From contig CAWDPO010000010.1 of the NCBI GenBank assembly GCA_963804165.1, positions 64,001 through 128,000 on the forward strand: DNA of 64,000 bases, given 5' to 3'. Shown here in pieces: positions 46,201-59,191 of the stretch. The DNA comes from an uncultured delta proteobacterium (GTDB lineage: Bacteria > Desulfobacterota > Binatia > UBA9968). Position numbers and translations under genes: made by a program. The first letter of the stretch is position 1, and each line of letters opens with the position of its first letter. The notes under the pieces are model-generated. The model searched no databases. It was given only the letters and a program-made list of their open reading frames with translations, and had not been told where the DNA came from.

Positions 46201-49200
46201 TTATTTGTCTTGCTCTACTAGATAACGCTGCGCCTCCTCCTCAAATAGAGATTCCAACTCGGCTAAGACGCGAGATACTTCTTCCCCCTGCACCTCCCTC
46301 GGCCTGTCTTTCCATGATCGCGATTGCCAACTCTTCCACCGTCGGTTTCTCAAACAAGGCGCGTAGGGGTATGTCTATCTGAAAAGCTCTACCGATAAGC
46401 GAAATCACTTGCGTGGCCAGCAGAGAATGCCCCCCTATATGAAAGAAGTTGTCATGAATGCCGACTCGTTCCAGCTTGAGTATCTCCGCCCAGATCCTTG
46501 CGAGTGCCTCCTCGATTGACGTCCGCGGAGCCACGAAGCTCTCTTCGCTTTGATCCGGAAGCGGCAGGGCGTGGCGGTCAACCTTGCCGTTGGGAGTTAA
46601 AGGAAGTCCGTCCAACTCCACGAAGGCGGAAGGTACCATGTACTCCGGCAGCTTCTCTTTAACAAAAGTGCGTAGCTCGCCGGTGGGAAGAGATAGCTTC
46701 CGGTCGGCGACTATATAAGCCACGAGACGCTTCTCCCCTAGCGTGTCTTCTCGCGCCAGGACAACGGCCTCTTGCACACCGGGCGCTTGCCGAAGGACAC
46801 TCTCGATCTCGCCGAGTTCGATACGGAAGCCCCGGATCTTTACCTGGCCGTCGATCCGTCCCAGAAACTCGATATCGCCGTAGGGTAAGTAGCGAGCCAG
46901 ATCCCCGGTCTTGTACAGGCGCGCGCCGGGCTCGTCGCTGAAAGGATTGGCAATGAACCTCTCCTTGGTCAGGTCGGGTCGATTCAAATAGCCTCGAGCG
47001 AGGCCGTCACCGCCGATGTACAAATCGCCTGGAACTCCGATCGGAACAGGCTGGAGATGGGAGTCGAGAATATAGATCTGCGTGTTGGCAATAGGATGAC
47101 CAATGGCAATGCGACGCTCTTTCGAATCGACCCGGCAAAGGGTTGACCAGATCGTTGTTTCAGTGGGGCCATACAGGTTCCAGAGGGAAGTGCCCTTTAC
47201 CATCAATGGAGCGGCCAGCTCTAGCGGTAGCGCTTCTCCCCCGCAGAGCATTGTGAGTTGTTTGCCGCCTTGCCATCCCGCTTCGAGAAGGAGCCGCCAA
47301 GTCGCCGGAGTGGCTTGCATGGCCGTAGCGCCGTACTGGGCGAGCTTTGCTGCCAGGAGCGACCCATCGGAGGCTATTTCGCGACTGATGATGACCACAC
47401 GGGCTCCCACCGTTATAGGTAGAAAAATTTCTAGTGCTGCAATGTCGAAGGACAATGTGGTCACAGAGAGAAGAGTGTCCTGCTCCGTCAGTCCCGGCTC
47501 CTCGGCCATGGAGTGCAGGAGATTGACCACGGCACGATGGGAGATTTCCACTCCTTTAGGTTTGCCCGTCGAGCCTGAAGTGAAAATCACATAGGCCAGG
47601 TCATCGGAAGTCACATCGCTAACCGGTTGGCTATGGCTCCCCCGTTCGATAAGCTCCCAGTCGGTGTCGAGGCAGACTACGCGCGCTTTGTGATCGGGAA
47701 GCAGGTCCAGAAGGCGGTGCTGCGTCAGCAGCACGGCTACTGTACCGTCCAGCATGAAAGCCAACCGCTCCTTGGGATAGGCTGGATCCAGCGGCACATA
47801 GGCCCCACCCGCTTTGAGAACGGCTAGAAGGCCGACGACCATCTGCAAAGAGCGCTCGACGCAGATGCCAACGAGCGTTCCAGGCCCGACGCCGAGAGCC
47901 TGCAGGCAATGCGCCAGCTGATTGGCGCGGGTATTGAGTTCTCGGTAGGTGAGCTGTTGGTCTTCAAAGACCAAGGCTATGGTGTCCGGTGTTTTCTCTA
48001 CCTGAGTTTCAAACAGTTCATGAATGCACTTATCTTTTGGATAGTCGGTATGGGTGTCGTTCCACTCCACCAACAGTTGGTGTTTCTCAGACTCGGTGAG
48101 TAACGGTAGTTCGCTTATCCGCTGCTCCGGGGTGACTACGATGCTTTCAAGCAACGTCTGAAAATAGCCCAATAGCCGGGCGATGGTAGTCGACTCGAAC
48201 AGGTCGGAGTCGTAGACAAATATTAAATGAATCCCATCGTCGTGTTGGCGAATATAAAACTCTAGATCGAACTGCGGTGCGGCTTCATCAGGCCTTTTTA
48301 GAGGCCTCACGGTCAGCCCATCCAGTTCAAGACCGGCCTCTTTGAAATTGTACATGTTGATGAAGACTTGAAAGATGGGGGTCTTGCTTAAATCTCGTTG
48401 CGGCTGCAATTCTTCCACGAGTTTTTCAAAGGGAAGCTCCTGATGACCGTACGCGCCAAGCGCAACCTCGCGAACCCTCGTCAAAAGTTCAAGAAAAGTT
48501 GGGTTGCCTGACAAGTTCGTCCGCAACGCAAGGGAATTGAGAAATAAACCGATAAGGCCTTCAGTCTCGGATCGGTCCCTGCCCGCAACCGGAGTCCCGA
48601 CGACAATATCGTCCTCACCGGTGATCCTGTGCAGCAGCGTCTGAAAAGCCGCTAGGAGCGTCATAAAGAACGTTACGCTCGCCTTTCGGCTAAGAGATCG
48701 TAGAGCACCTTCCAGGTCCTTCGAAATCACCAAAGTGTGGCGTGCTCCCGGGCGATTGTGCAACGGTTTACGCGGATGATCGGTGGGCAAATTCAAGCTG
48801 GGCGATGCATTGATAAGCTGCTCTTTCCAATATGCCAAATGTTTTTCAAGCTCCGCACCCTGAAAAATATTTCGTTGCCAGAGCGCATAGTGCTTATACT
48901 GAATCGCTAGCTCCGGTAGCGGGGAAGACTTCCCCGCAGCGAAAGCCTGGTAAAGAACCGACAGTTCACGAAAAAATAATTCGATACACCAGTGATCCCA
49001 GGCAACATGATGACTGTCTATAATCAGGACATATTCAGCCCTGCCCAGTCGCACTAACGTTGCTCGGAGCAGTAAATCGCAAGAAAGGTCAAAGGAACGG
49101 CGATGCTCATTCTCAAAGAGTCGTTGGACTTCTAGTTCTAAATCGATGGAGGTTTCCTGCATCAGATCGATGATGGATAATTGAATAGACCCTACGTCGG

Positions 49201-52200
49201 AGATTCTCTGGACCAGGCTACCGTTGCTTGATTGAAACGTCGTACGCAGGGGCTCATGCCGCCGCACGATCTCCGAAAGAGCTTGCTCTAGAGCCTCAAT
49301 ATCAACTGGCCCGCTAAGCCGAAACCCCTGCGTGACTTTGTATGCTAGGTTGTTGGGTTCAAGTTGACTAAGGAACCAAAACCGCTCCTGGGAAAACGAC
49401 AGCGGATATTCCTGATCCATCGGCTCGACGATTATCGGCAAGGTCCTTATCCGGGCTTCTCCTTCGCGCAACGAGCCGATCAACTCAGCTAACCTGGCAA
49501 CGGTGGGATTCTCAAACAGGCTGCGCAAAGGCAGCTCCTCTTGGAAAGCTTGACGCACACGGGAGACAACCTGCGTGACTAACAGCGAATGCCCGCCCAA
49601 GTCAAAAAAGTTATCGTGAATACCGACCTTGTCTAGCTCAAGAACTTCGGCCCAAATGCCTGCGAGCAATTCCTCTGTGGCAGTACTAGGTGTTGCCAAG
49701 TTCTCCTCCAATTCGGGCCGGTTCTGATCCGGTATAGGAAGCGCATTACGGTCCACCTTACCGTTGCGGGTCAACGGCAAGGAATCCAAAAATACCAACG
49801 CCGAAGGCACCATGTACCCAGGAATTTTCTGCACAAGAAAATTTCTCAGTTCATCAATCGAGAGGAAGGGATCTTTCAGGAGAGGTATTTGTCGAATATG
49901 CGCTCCGTCTCGCTGCTCCTTCAGCAGCATCCTCCCGACAGACGGTCGAATCGCGTAAATGTAGCAGAGTTGAGTATTCTCAAGCAGAAGGTCCTGCTTT
50001 ACCGCAAGCTCGTAACCATGCCGTTGCAACAGGGCGGTAATGATGGGCAGGTTATTTTTAACGTCGACCTCCAGGACAATTTGTTTAATCTTCTGCCAGT
50101 CACTCTCTTCGATCCCTAACAAAACATCGAGCTCGCTTTTCTCTACGTTGATCTTGAGGAGATCAATGCATCCGATGTTTTCCTGTGCGATGATACTCGA
50201 CAGAGTCTTCAACTGAGCCGTAAAGGTCTGAGACGCAAATCGTTCGTCCAAAATGTCATCGGCTTGCGCCACAAGCTCGGCCATCTCGGAGATGCCCGCC
50301 TTCTGTTGATTGATCATGAAAGTCTTGACGACTTCCTTATCGGCTTGCGCATCAGCGTAAAAACCCGAGAGCAGGGAAAACCCCGGGAAGAACGTAAATG
50401 TAGCGCTCTTTGCTTCGCTGGATAGTCCACAGTTAAACAGTCTCACGTCGGATCCATAAAGCGTCGCGTTGGCGCTCAGAATCTCATAGACTTCGGGATT
50501 GGGTTCAAACGAATATAGCCTTGGCCGCTTGGCGATCTGATTGGCAAAAAGCGTAAATAAGCCGATGTTGGCCCCAACGTCGAAAATGCAATCGCCATCC
50601 TTGATGGTTATTCCGTGCCTAAGGTAGGCTTGGCGCCCGAAGATCTCTTGATAGATGTAGTCAGTCTCATTCTTGTTGAGCTGCGCCACCGCTGCCCCGT
50701 TGGGAAGACGATAACGTGGCTTGCCACCCACTTGGGGAGCACGATCAGATCGAGGAATGACATAAGCGATCAGTCGTTTGTCGCCGGGCTCATCCTCGCG
50801 TACCGCCACCACGCTCTCCCGAATGTCCGGATGTTGTTTCAACGCGGCCTCGATTTCGCCCGGCTCAATACGGTAGCCGCGGATCTTGACTTGATGGTCC
50901 GTGCGCCCGAGAAATTCGATGTTACCGTCGGGTAGGTAGCGGGCTCGATCTCCGGTCTTATAAAGTCGCGCGCCTGGCTCGTCACTAAACGGGTTGGGAA
51001 TAAATTTTTCGGCGGTCAGCTCAGGACAGTTGAGATATCCTCGCGCAAGCCCAAGGCCACCGATATGCAGCTCTCCCGGAACACCCACCGGAACAAGGTT
51101 TCGATTGCCATCGAGCAGATAGACCTGTGTGTTCGCAATAGGACGACCGAGGGGGAGCGTGGACGACTGAGTAGGCCGCACATCTTGCTCGACTCGGTAC
51201 GTGAGCACACCAATAGTCGCTTCCGTCGGGCCGTAGTGATTCATGATAGCGCAGTCGGGAGCGAGCAGCGCTTGAATATTCTTGATCCACTGTGAATCGG
51301 AGGCTTCGCCCCCGAGGATTAGCAATTTGCGCGGCAGAACGCGTTCAGGGTGCGATGCGCTCTGTAGAGCGGCCAGATGAGAGGGAACGATCTTTAGACA
51401 GTCAATGGCATAGCGGCTAAAATAATCCGCCATTGCATTCGCATCGGCAATTCTGTCCTCGGATATCACATGGAGCGAGCCGCCGGTGCACAAACAGGAA
51501 AATATGATCGTGTTGCCCAAATCGGCTGCGATTGTGGAGACCGTCGCAAAGCTCGCATTTGTTGGAAGGTTCAGCCTGTCGAGCACCCCGAGCAGATAAT
51601 TGTTTAGTTGGCGATGCTCAACAGCGACTCCCTTGGGTTGACCTGTGGATCCGGAGGTATAGATCACGTAGGCGATGTTGTTTGTCGTTGGTACGCTGAT
51701 CTGAGGATCATCGCCTTGCCGTTCAGTCGCTTGCCAGTTGCGGTCCAGACAAAATATCGGCGCAATTTTCTCGGGAAGGCCTTTGACGAGTCGTTCTTGA
51801 GTCAGCAGTAGTTTCGCTCGTGTCTCCTTCAGTATGAAGGCCAGTCGCTCCCGCGGATACGACGGATCGAGCGGCACATACCCCCCACCCGCTTTCAATA
51901 TGCCCAAGAGTCCGATGATCATCTCCAGGGATCGCTCCAGGCAAATGCCTACCAAGGTTTCAGGACCAACACCCTTTTTCCTAAGGGACTGTGCCAACTG
52001 ACTCGCTTTGATATTGAGTTCACGATAAGTGAGCTCCTGATTCTCGAAGACGACGGCGATGGCGTCAGGTGTTTTCTCGACCTGGGCTTCGAAACGCTCG
52101 TGGATACATTGGTCCTGTCCGTCGTCTTTCCTGGTGTTGTTTGACTCGAGTAGCAATTGATACTTTTCGGCTTTGGTGAGTATGGGCAATTCAGATAGAC

Positions 52201-53704
52201 GCCGATTCGGATCCGCGACAATACCCTGGAGTAAAATCTGAAAATGACCCAGCAGCCAACTGATCGTCGCGGCATCGAAGAGATCCGTGCTGTATTCCAT
52301 CGTCGCCCTAAGCCCTTGCGGTTCATCTGCCACGGACAGAAACAAATCAAATTTAGCTCCGGCATCTGCTCTCTCGACCGGGTTGACCGTGAGACCAAGC
52401 AGCTCCATCGGTCGGCTCGGTACATTTTGTAGGGCAAGTGCTACCTGGAAAAGCGGGGAGTGACTGAGGTTACGCTCCGGGTGGAGTTCTTTCACCAATT
52501 TTTCAAATGGCACATCCTGATGATTGTACGCTGCCAACGCGACTGCACGGATCCGAACCAATAACTGTCTGAATGGCGGGTCTCCCGATAGATCTCCCCG
52601 CATAACCAGGGTATTGACGAAAAATCCGATCAGCGGCTCGATTTCCACTCGAGCCCGATTGGCAATCGGTGAACCCACGGCAATGTCATCCTGTCCCGTG
52701 TAACGATGCAGCAGCGTTTGAAAGGCCGCCAACAGGGTCATGAAAAGAGTCGCCTTTTCATTGCGGCTCAAATCCTTGAGCCCGCTGCTCAGTTCCTTGG
52801 AAAGGATCAATGATTGACGCGCTCCCCGATAACTCTGAACCGCCGGTCGAGGGTGGTCCGTGGTGAGCTGCAGTGTCGCAACACCCAGTAGGTGTTTTCT
52901 CCAATAGGAAACCTGCTTCTCTAGAACCTCTCCTTGTAACCAATCCCGTTGCCAGACCGCATAGTCCGCATACTGAATAGGTAACTCTCGCAGCGGTGAT
53001 GGTTTTCCCTCGGAGAATGCTTCGTAGAGGACTGAGAGTTCACTGAAGAACACTCCCATTGACCAGCCGTCCGATACAATGTGATGCATGGTCACAAGAA
53101 AGAAGTGATCGTCATCGTCCAGCCGTAGTAACTGAGCTCGCAAGAGTGGTCCTCGGCCCAAATCAAAAGGGCGTTGCGCTTCTTCGGCGACTAGACGTCG
53201 CGTTTCTGTCTCACGCTCGGTTTCCGGGTGATCACCGATTTCCACCACCGCCAGAGGCAAGTTCAATGAGGACGAGACGACCTGAACGGGTTGCTCGTCT
53301 ACGATAGAAAAAGTGGTCCGAAGAACCTCGTGGCGCCGCACGATCTCGTTGAGACTATTTTCCAGGGCAATTCTATTTAGCTGACCCTTCAGGCGAAAAG
53401 CAGCAACCATGTTGTAAGCGATGTTGCCGGGCTCCAACTGATCCAGAAACCATAGCCGTTCTTGGGCAAGAGAAAGTGGCCGAGCACCCGCCCGCGAGAT
53501 CGTCGGGACGGGCCAAAGCTGGGAACGGACAGCACGATTTGCCTCCTGGAGAAATGCCAGGATGTCATCTTCGTGCTCGGTCAGTTCGGCACGCAGAGCT
53601 GGAGACAGTACCCCGCTGGGCGCGCTATAGCGCAGGCGGTCGCCCTCAATCCAAACCTTCACGTCGAGAGCACGCAGCCGTGTCAACAGGTCGACGGTTT
53701 TTAT
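46201..53704 (-). CDS. Bimodular NRPS: TubC_N dock - C - A(Asp) with embedded FkbM-type MT - T - C - A(Gly) - T - C-terminal dock
   Basis: ORF 46241..53686; HHIVSDGWS, YTSGSTG, FDVGANIG, DLLKINVE, two GGHSLL, HHVAWDH; inferred true ends 53704 (ATA) and 46201 (after a +1 slip near 46297). Confidence 0.92.
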
Positions 53705-56700
53705 ATTAAGTCCTCCTCACGGTCGTCGGTCGTCCCCCTCCCAAAACCCTGCAGAGCTACCCAGCGGACTGTCTCAAGATATGCTGCCTGATCGGCTACC
53801 GTAGGCGTTTCAAACAACTTATTCAGAGGAAGTTCCAAATCCAATGCCTTGCGCAAACGAGTCATGACTTGACTGGCCAGCAGCGAGTGTCCTCCCATCT
53901 TAAAGAAGTCGTCATCGACACTTACCTTTTCTAAGCCCAGCACGTCTTGCCAGACCTCTGCAATGAGAGATTCCAACGGAGTTCGAGGAGCAAGAAAGAC
54001 TGTTTCCAGCGCTGGCCGCTCGCAGTCGAAAGCGGGCGTTGCGTGTTGGTCCACCTCGGTTATCTGACAAGGCTCGGCATTGTATTGCAATTGCCGGGGC
54101 TCAATCCAGTAACGCTGGCGCTCGAATGGATAACTTGGCAGCGGCACGCGATGACGTCGTTCCCGAGCAGAAAATCCAGACCAATGCACTTCTATTCCGG
54201 CGAGCCAAAGCTGGCCCAAGCCGTTCAGCATAACCGCCGTTGCTGAATCCGGCTCATGCTCACGAGGCAACGATGAGATCACAACTCGCCCGGAGGCGTT
54301 GTTTTGCTGCTTCCTCGCCGCCAAGCTTAAGGTCCGCCCGGGCCCAACTTGCAGCAGGATGCGATCGGGCTCTTTCGACAATTCGTTCAATCCCTCCGCA
54401 AAGCGCACCATTTGACGCAGATGCCTAGCCCAGTAGTCAGGAGAAGTTGCATCGGCCGCTGTAATCCATGTGCCCGTGACATTGGATACATAGGGAATCT
54501 TTGGTGGCGCCAGGTCGACTTTCCTTACTTCGTCGATAAAGGGCGCTAGCATAGGCTCCATCATGTGCGAATGAAAGGCGTGAGAAGTCTCTAGACGGCG
54601 ACACGGGACGTCTTTATCGGCGAGCTCATTTGCCAAGCTCTCCACAGCATTTGTCGGTCCCGAGACAACACAGAGGGATGGGGCATTAATCGCCGCCAAA
54701 GAGAGTCCAGGACCCAGGAGCGAGTCGATCTCCTGTTGAGGCAGAGGAACAGCGAGCATCGCGCCACCAGGCACCTGCTCTATGAGTCGGCCGCGAGCGC
54801 CTAACAGCGTCAAAGTGTCTTCCAGGGAAAGAACTTCTGCTAGACAGGCAGCCACGTACTCACCGACGCTGTGGCCAATCATCGCCTCAGGGCGGATGCC
54901 CCACTCCATCCATAGCTTGGCCAGTGCGTATTCAATCACGAACAGAGCGGGCTGAGCGATCGCGGTCTTGTTTATTTGACGCGTAGCCGATTCGCGAGCC
55001 GATTCGTTCGGGTAGAGCACATCGCGCAAATCCAGTTTCAAGTTGGCTTTGAGCAGCTCGGAGCAATGATCGACGTGTTGGCGGAACGTCGCTTCATTCT
55101 CGTAGAGATCGCGCCCCATATTCACATGCTGAGTCCCCTGCCCCGGAAACATGAATACAATTGACCTTCCCCTGGAATCTTGGAAGTTTGTGACAACGCG
55201 CTTGGGATCGAGTGTTTCCAGCGCGGCCAGTGCATCGTCAAGATCCGAACAAACCAGCATGCGCCGATGACTGAAGCCCTTGCGCCCAACCTGCAAGGTA
55301 TGAGCGACATCGGCAAGGTCGAGACCGGGCGTTTTTTTCAGGTGTACGACGATATTTTTGGTTGTCTGCTCGAGCGCAGAGCGAGTTTTTGCAGAGAGCA
55401 CCAACAACTTCCAACGGCGCGATGCTCCGGCGAGCTCCCGACGAGGAGCTTCTTCGAGGATGGCATGGGCATTCGTACCGCCCATGCCAAAGGAGCTAAT
55501 ACCGGCTCGGCGCGGAGTTATGTCTACCTTCCATTCGGAAAGAGCCGTCTGCACATGGAACGGGCTGTTCGCAAAGTCGATCCGCGGATTTGGCTGTTCG
55601 AAGTGCAGGCTAGGCGGCAATTCTTTGTGCTCAAGCGCCAAGACCGTCTTGATCAGCCCGGTCACTCCGGCAGCTGCTCCCAGATGACCGATATTCGTCT
55701 TTGCGGACCCGATGGCGCAGAAGCCTTGCTTATCAGTTCTCGCTCGAAAGGCTTGTGTCAGTGCAGCAATCTCAATGGGATCGCCTAGCGGAGTGCCCGT
55801 GCCATGAGCTTCGATGTAGCTGATCGTTTCCGGACTGATTTCAGCCACCGCAAGCGCTTGCGCAATCATGCGCGCCTGACGGTCCACGCTGGGTGCCGTG
55901 TAACCGATCTTAAACGCACCGTCGTTGTTGATCGCAGTTCCTTTGACCACCGCGCGAATACAGTCTCCATCCGTCAGCGCGTCTTCCAGACGCTTGAGAA
56001 CGACAATGCCGACGCCGCTACCCCAAACTGTGCCTTGTGCCCGTGCGTCAAAGGCTCTGCAATGCCCGTCGGGAGAAAGAATGTGCCCTTCCTGGTACAA
56101 GTATCCGGCCGTTTGCGGCACGCGGAGTGTAACGCCGCCAGCCAACGCCATATCGCACTCGCCACCGAGCAAGCTTCGGCAGGCAAGATGAACGGCAACC
56201 AAAGATGTAGAGCAGCTGGTTTGTACGGCAACACTCGGCCCCGTTAGATCGAGTTTGTAAGAAACCCGGGTGGCGAGATAGTCTTTGTCATTGCCGATAA
56301 TCATTTGCAGACCGGCTTCCGATCTGAGCAGATCACCGTGTGCCTGCAAGTTATACAACAGGTAAGTGTTCATGCTGGCACCGGCGTACACCGCGATCGA
56401 ACCGCCGAACTGCTGGGCATCGTAACCAGCGTTCTCCACGGCCTCCCAGGCGCATTCCAAGAACAGCCGGTGTTGCGGATCTGTGATTTCGGCTTCCCTA
56501 GGCGTAAAGCCGAAGAATGAAGCATCAAACAAGTCGGCGTCTGCCAACACACTCCAAGCCCTGACATAGTTGGGGTCGTTGAGTGCGGCAGGATTTGACG
56601 TTAGCCGCAGCAAGTTCCGCCTCCGAGAAACGAGTGATCGATTCAATCCCGTCTCGTAGATTGTGCCAAAACTCTTCGATGTTCTTGGCACCCGGAAAAC

Positions 56701-56777
56701 GGCCAGCCATACCGATAATCGCGATTTCGAAACCGTTCGAGCCGTTGAGATGTCGCCGCGCTGTTGATCTCGCTCAT
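53701..56777 (-). CDS. Type I PKS module KS-AT-ACP (two 5' frameshifts)
   Basis: AIIGMAGRFPGA, QTSCSTSL, HGTGT, KTNIGHL, FPGQG, GHSVGE, HAFHS (malonyl), GGHSLL; ATGA overlap at 56774-56777. Confidence 0.92.
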
Positions 56778-58749
56778 TGCTGGATTTCCTTGTTTGACTG
56801 CCTTCGTTGCGATAGCTGTTTGAGGCGGTTTTTGCCCGCCCTTAAGTTCTCATGCCTGTCATTATTGGCTGACCCATTCTGTTCTCGTGCGACGTATTTC
56901 ACTAACGCCTTTATGGTTGTGTGTTTAAACAAGTCGACGATTGGGATGTCCTTGCCAAATATTTCTTGGAGCTTGCTGTGGACCTGAGCCAGGAGAAAAG
57001 ACTGCCCACCGAGATCAAAGAAATTGTCATCCACACCCACCATCTCCAGACCGAGCACCTCCCGCCAAACCGTTGCGATAAGTTCTTCAACCTCGCTCTT
57101 TGGCGCCACATACGCCACGTCCAACACTGGGCGAAGACGCTCTGGGATGGGCAGTGCCTGGTAGTCCAACTTGCCGTTCGGTGTCAACGGTAGACACTCC
57201 AATTTCACATAGGCCGAAGGGATCATGTAGTCGGGCAGCGTGATCTGCAAGAAACGGCGCAACTCGGTAGCAGTAGGCACGCGCATCTGCGCCGGAACAA
57301 TGTAGGCCACCAGGACCGTGTCTCCGGATTGGTCCTCCCGGGCCGTCACAAGGGCCTCCTTGATCGCGACATGGTCGAGCAGTGCGGACTCGACCTCAGT
57401 GACCTCGATCCGGTGGCCGCGGACTTTCGCTTGAAAGTCTTTGCGTCCCATGTGCTCGAGACAGCTGTCGGACCGCATGCGGCCGAGATCTCCAGTGCGA
57501 TAGATCCGTGCGCTTCCGCCGGCCGGGTCAGGCAGGAATGCTCCTTGTGTGAGGTCGGGCTGTCGCCAATAGCCTGGGACGAGATAAGGACTCTTGACGA
57601 CGATTTCCCCGACATCTCCCGGTCCGACTTCATTACCAGCCTCATCGAGTAGCGAGACGTGCGTCGCCGCAACGGCGTAGCCGACTGGGACATTGTTACC
57701 GGCAATGTGGCTCGAGTGGTCAATGAAGCACCACCGGATGGTGTAGCCTTCGGTGAAGCCCATTCTATTAAGGAAAACGCACTAGAACCAAAATGCTGTT
57801 TGTAGAGATCCACTTCGCGGCGACTGGTAGCGGCACCCGACAGATGAATCAGACGCAACGTGGGAACAGCCGTGTTTCCGGTCAGAGTGTGGGCGAATTG
57901 CCGGAAGATCATAGGGATCGAATGATAAATGGTGATGCCTTCGTGGTTAAGCCATGCCGCCAGGTTTGCGATCCCCTCCTGAAGATCGAGTGGAAAGAGC
58001 GTCGCGCCGTTGAGCAGGGCACCAAATAAGTGCATCTCTGCCGCGCGGAAACTCAACGAGTGCAATAGTGTGAGCCGGTCATCGACGGAAATGTGAATGG
58101 CGTTGGTATAGGCCATGATGTGATACAGCATGTTTCGGTGGTTTTCGACCACACCCTTTGGTTCCCCGGTCGAGCCCGAAGTATAAAAAATTCCGTAAAG
58201 CGTCTCCGGAGGCAGAGAAACGCCGAGATTCTCCTCAGAGAGGTTGGGATCAAGCGTATCGAGGTCGAACAATTGACGCGAATTCTGGGCAACCACCTTG
58301 GCTAAGGCGCGCTGCCTGTCGTTGGTCACGACGAAGGCTGCCTGGGAATCCTCCAACATCCAGGCGATCCTAGCAGGGGGATAAGAGGGGTCCAGCGGCA
58401 CATAGATTTCCCCGGCTTTCAATACGCCAAGGATAGCGGCAATGACAGGTGCATCTTGTTCGAACAGCAGCGCGATCGGTTGCGCGCCTTTTCCGCACCG
58501 GTTGAGGATGGCGCGCGCCACACGATTCGCCAGCTTGTTCAGCGCATCGTAGGTAAACGTGACGGACTTGCCCCTGACCGCAATTCGATCAGGATACTTG
58601 GCAACTATCTGTTCGAAACGACCCGGGATCGACTGCTCGATTTCTTCTCTTTTGAATTCAGTGAAAGATCCGGCGGGATGGAAGCACTTTGCCCGAATGG
58701 CCCGCTGATCGGGTGGAAGCTCTGGGATAGGCTCGTTTATATCGCTCAT
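56774..58749 (-). CDS. NRPS-like loading module A-T (frameshift near 57783)
   Basis: FYTSGSTGEPKG, YRTGDLG, GRKDFQAKVRG, LTPNGKLD, FFDLGGQS; A4 reads SFRAA, without the conserved Asp. Confidence 0.88.
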
Positions 58750-59191
58750 GACCACCTCTCGAATGTGATGACAGCTTGTTGCAGAACATCCTCACAATCC
58801 CGTACGCGCATCCTGCCCATTATTCTGTCCAGGCTAAAAAGGCTTTTCACCGGTCCGGACCCGCTTAATATTATTTTTTTTCGCGCTGTTAAAGGACCCG
58901 CCAAAGCGATCTTAATCAACGACTCTATCCGGCGGGATCTAAACACGAAGTGCAACAAATCAGGCAAGCGGCCAGATTCAGAGTCCAATTAATACAGGCT
59001 CAACGTGGCTGGAATAAGGGCTTCCTAACCCTGATAGGACCAAACTCTAGGCACGGGAGAATCTTCCGTTTCCTTCCCAGGTACGCGAAGCGTTTGATCA
59101 CCAGCTCGGCAGTCAAGTATGCGCAGCGTGGCAAAAGAACCGAAGTTTGAGAGGCTGGCATCTTTTGCCGTTTCAATCGCACTCGTTATAT

